A stretch of 63,394 nt of DNA, filler included, from Octopus bimaculoides (taxonomy: Eukaryota), in the NCBI RefSeq assembly GCF_001194135.2. It is 12 parts of 9 records of this genome, joined end to end, with 100 filler letters (N's around TTAATTAATTAA, not from the genome) between each part and the next. Parts side by side here need not be neighbours in the genome. Positions count along the whole stretch, not along the records: positions 60,165 to 63,394 come from NC_068987.1; 11 more parts are not named here. One strand, given 5' to 3'. Numbering within the stretch: the stretch's first letter is position 1; every line of letters starts with the position of its first letter. The translations under genes were made by a program, and so were the position numbers. Below are positions 62,947 through 63,394 of the stretch, one piece after another. The notes beneath the pieces are model-generated. The model was not told the DNA's origin. It saw nothing but the letters and a program-made list of their open reading frames with translations, and made no database searches.

Positions 62947-63139
62947 GTCTGTCTGTTTTCCTGTTTATTTACTTGACTATCTATGTATCTATTTTCTTTC
63001 CGTCTTTCATTGTTCGTATCTATTTATGGAATTCCCATCATCATCATCGTCATCATCATCATCATCCTTATCGTCAATCCTCATTATATAGATTTTCGTT
63101 GTCTTCATCAGTGTTATATTATTACTATATTTTTTAAAA

Positions 63140-63193
<54 letters not shown>

Positions 63194-63394
63194 GTTCAGT
63201 AGTTTTATTTTTATAACGTGCTTTCACTTCACTACCGAGCGCAGCTCTGTGCGCCTTGGGTATGTGCTGTGGTTTGCTGTGGTGCTCTTATGTTTACTGT
63301 ATTGAAAGTGTTTTGCGTAGAATGTGTGCAGTACCCAGTAGTGCAATTTTCTGTATGTTATATATATTTGTAAGTCCTGGTGTTTTTGTTATGT

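Overview
Eukaryotic, AT-rich, gap-riddled genomic DNA dense in microsatellites and transposon relics. The repeat families and simple-repeat load suggest a coleoid cephalopod, probably Octopus (inference, not a database result). One complete gene is supported: a 4-exon plus-strand D-isomer-specific 2-hydroxyacid dehydrogenase of the glyoxylate/hydroxypyruvate reductase (GhrB/GRHPR-like) type. Its exons are 35559-35970, 37639-37813, 39920-40098 and 42178-42428 (338 aa from the first ATG), with matching GT-AG phases. A separate minus-strand 153-nt exon (12445-12597) encodes part of a vitellogenin/apolipophorin-type large lipid transfer protein N-terminal domain; I could not find its partner exons in the visible sequence. 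The rest is at least four short interspersed repeat families, fossils of R4/Dong, RTE, Tx1/L1-like and other LINEs, Penelope-like elements, hAT, Tc1, mariner and pogo/Tigger relics, MITE-like hairpins and an 89-bp Helitron. The most unusual signals are a 2.6-kb CpG-rich foldback array built from GAAC/GTAC modules, two near-consensus minimal hammerhead ribozyme folds at Penelope-like ends, long self-complementary hairpins, and a signal-peptide-like ORF broken by a single TAG. Most ORFs in the supplied track are microsatellite or N-gap translations. All family names come from motif recognition by eye and need Dfam, Repbase, Pfam or Rfam confirmation.
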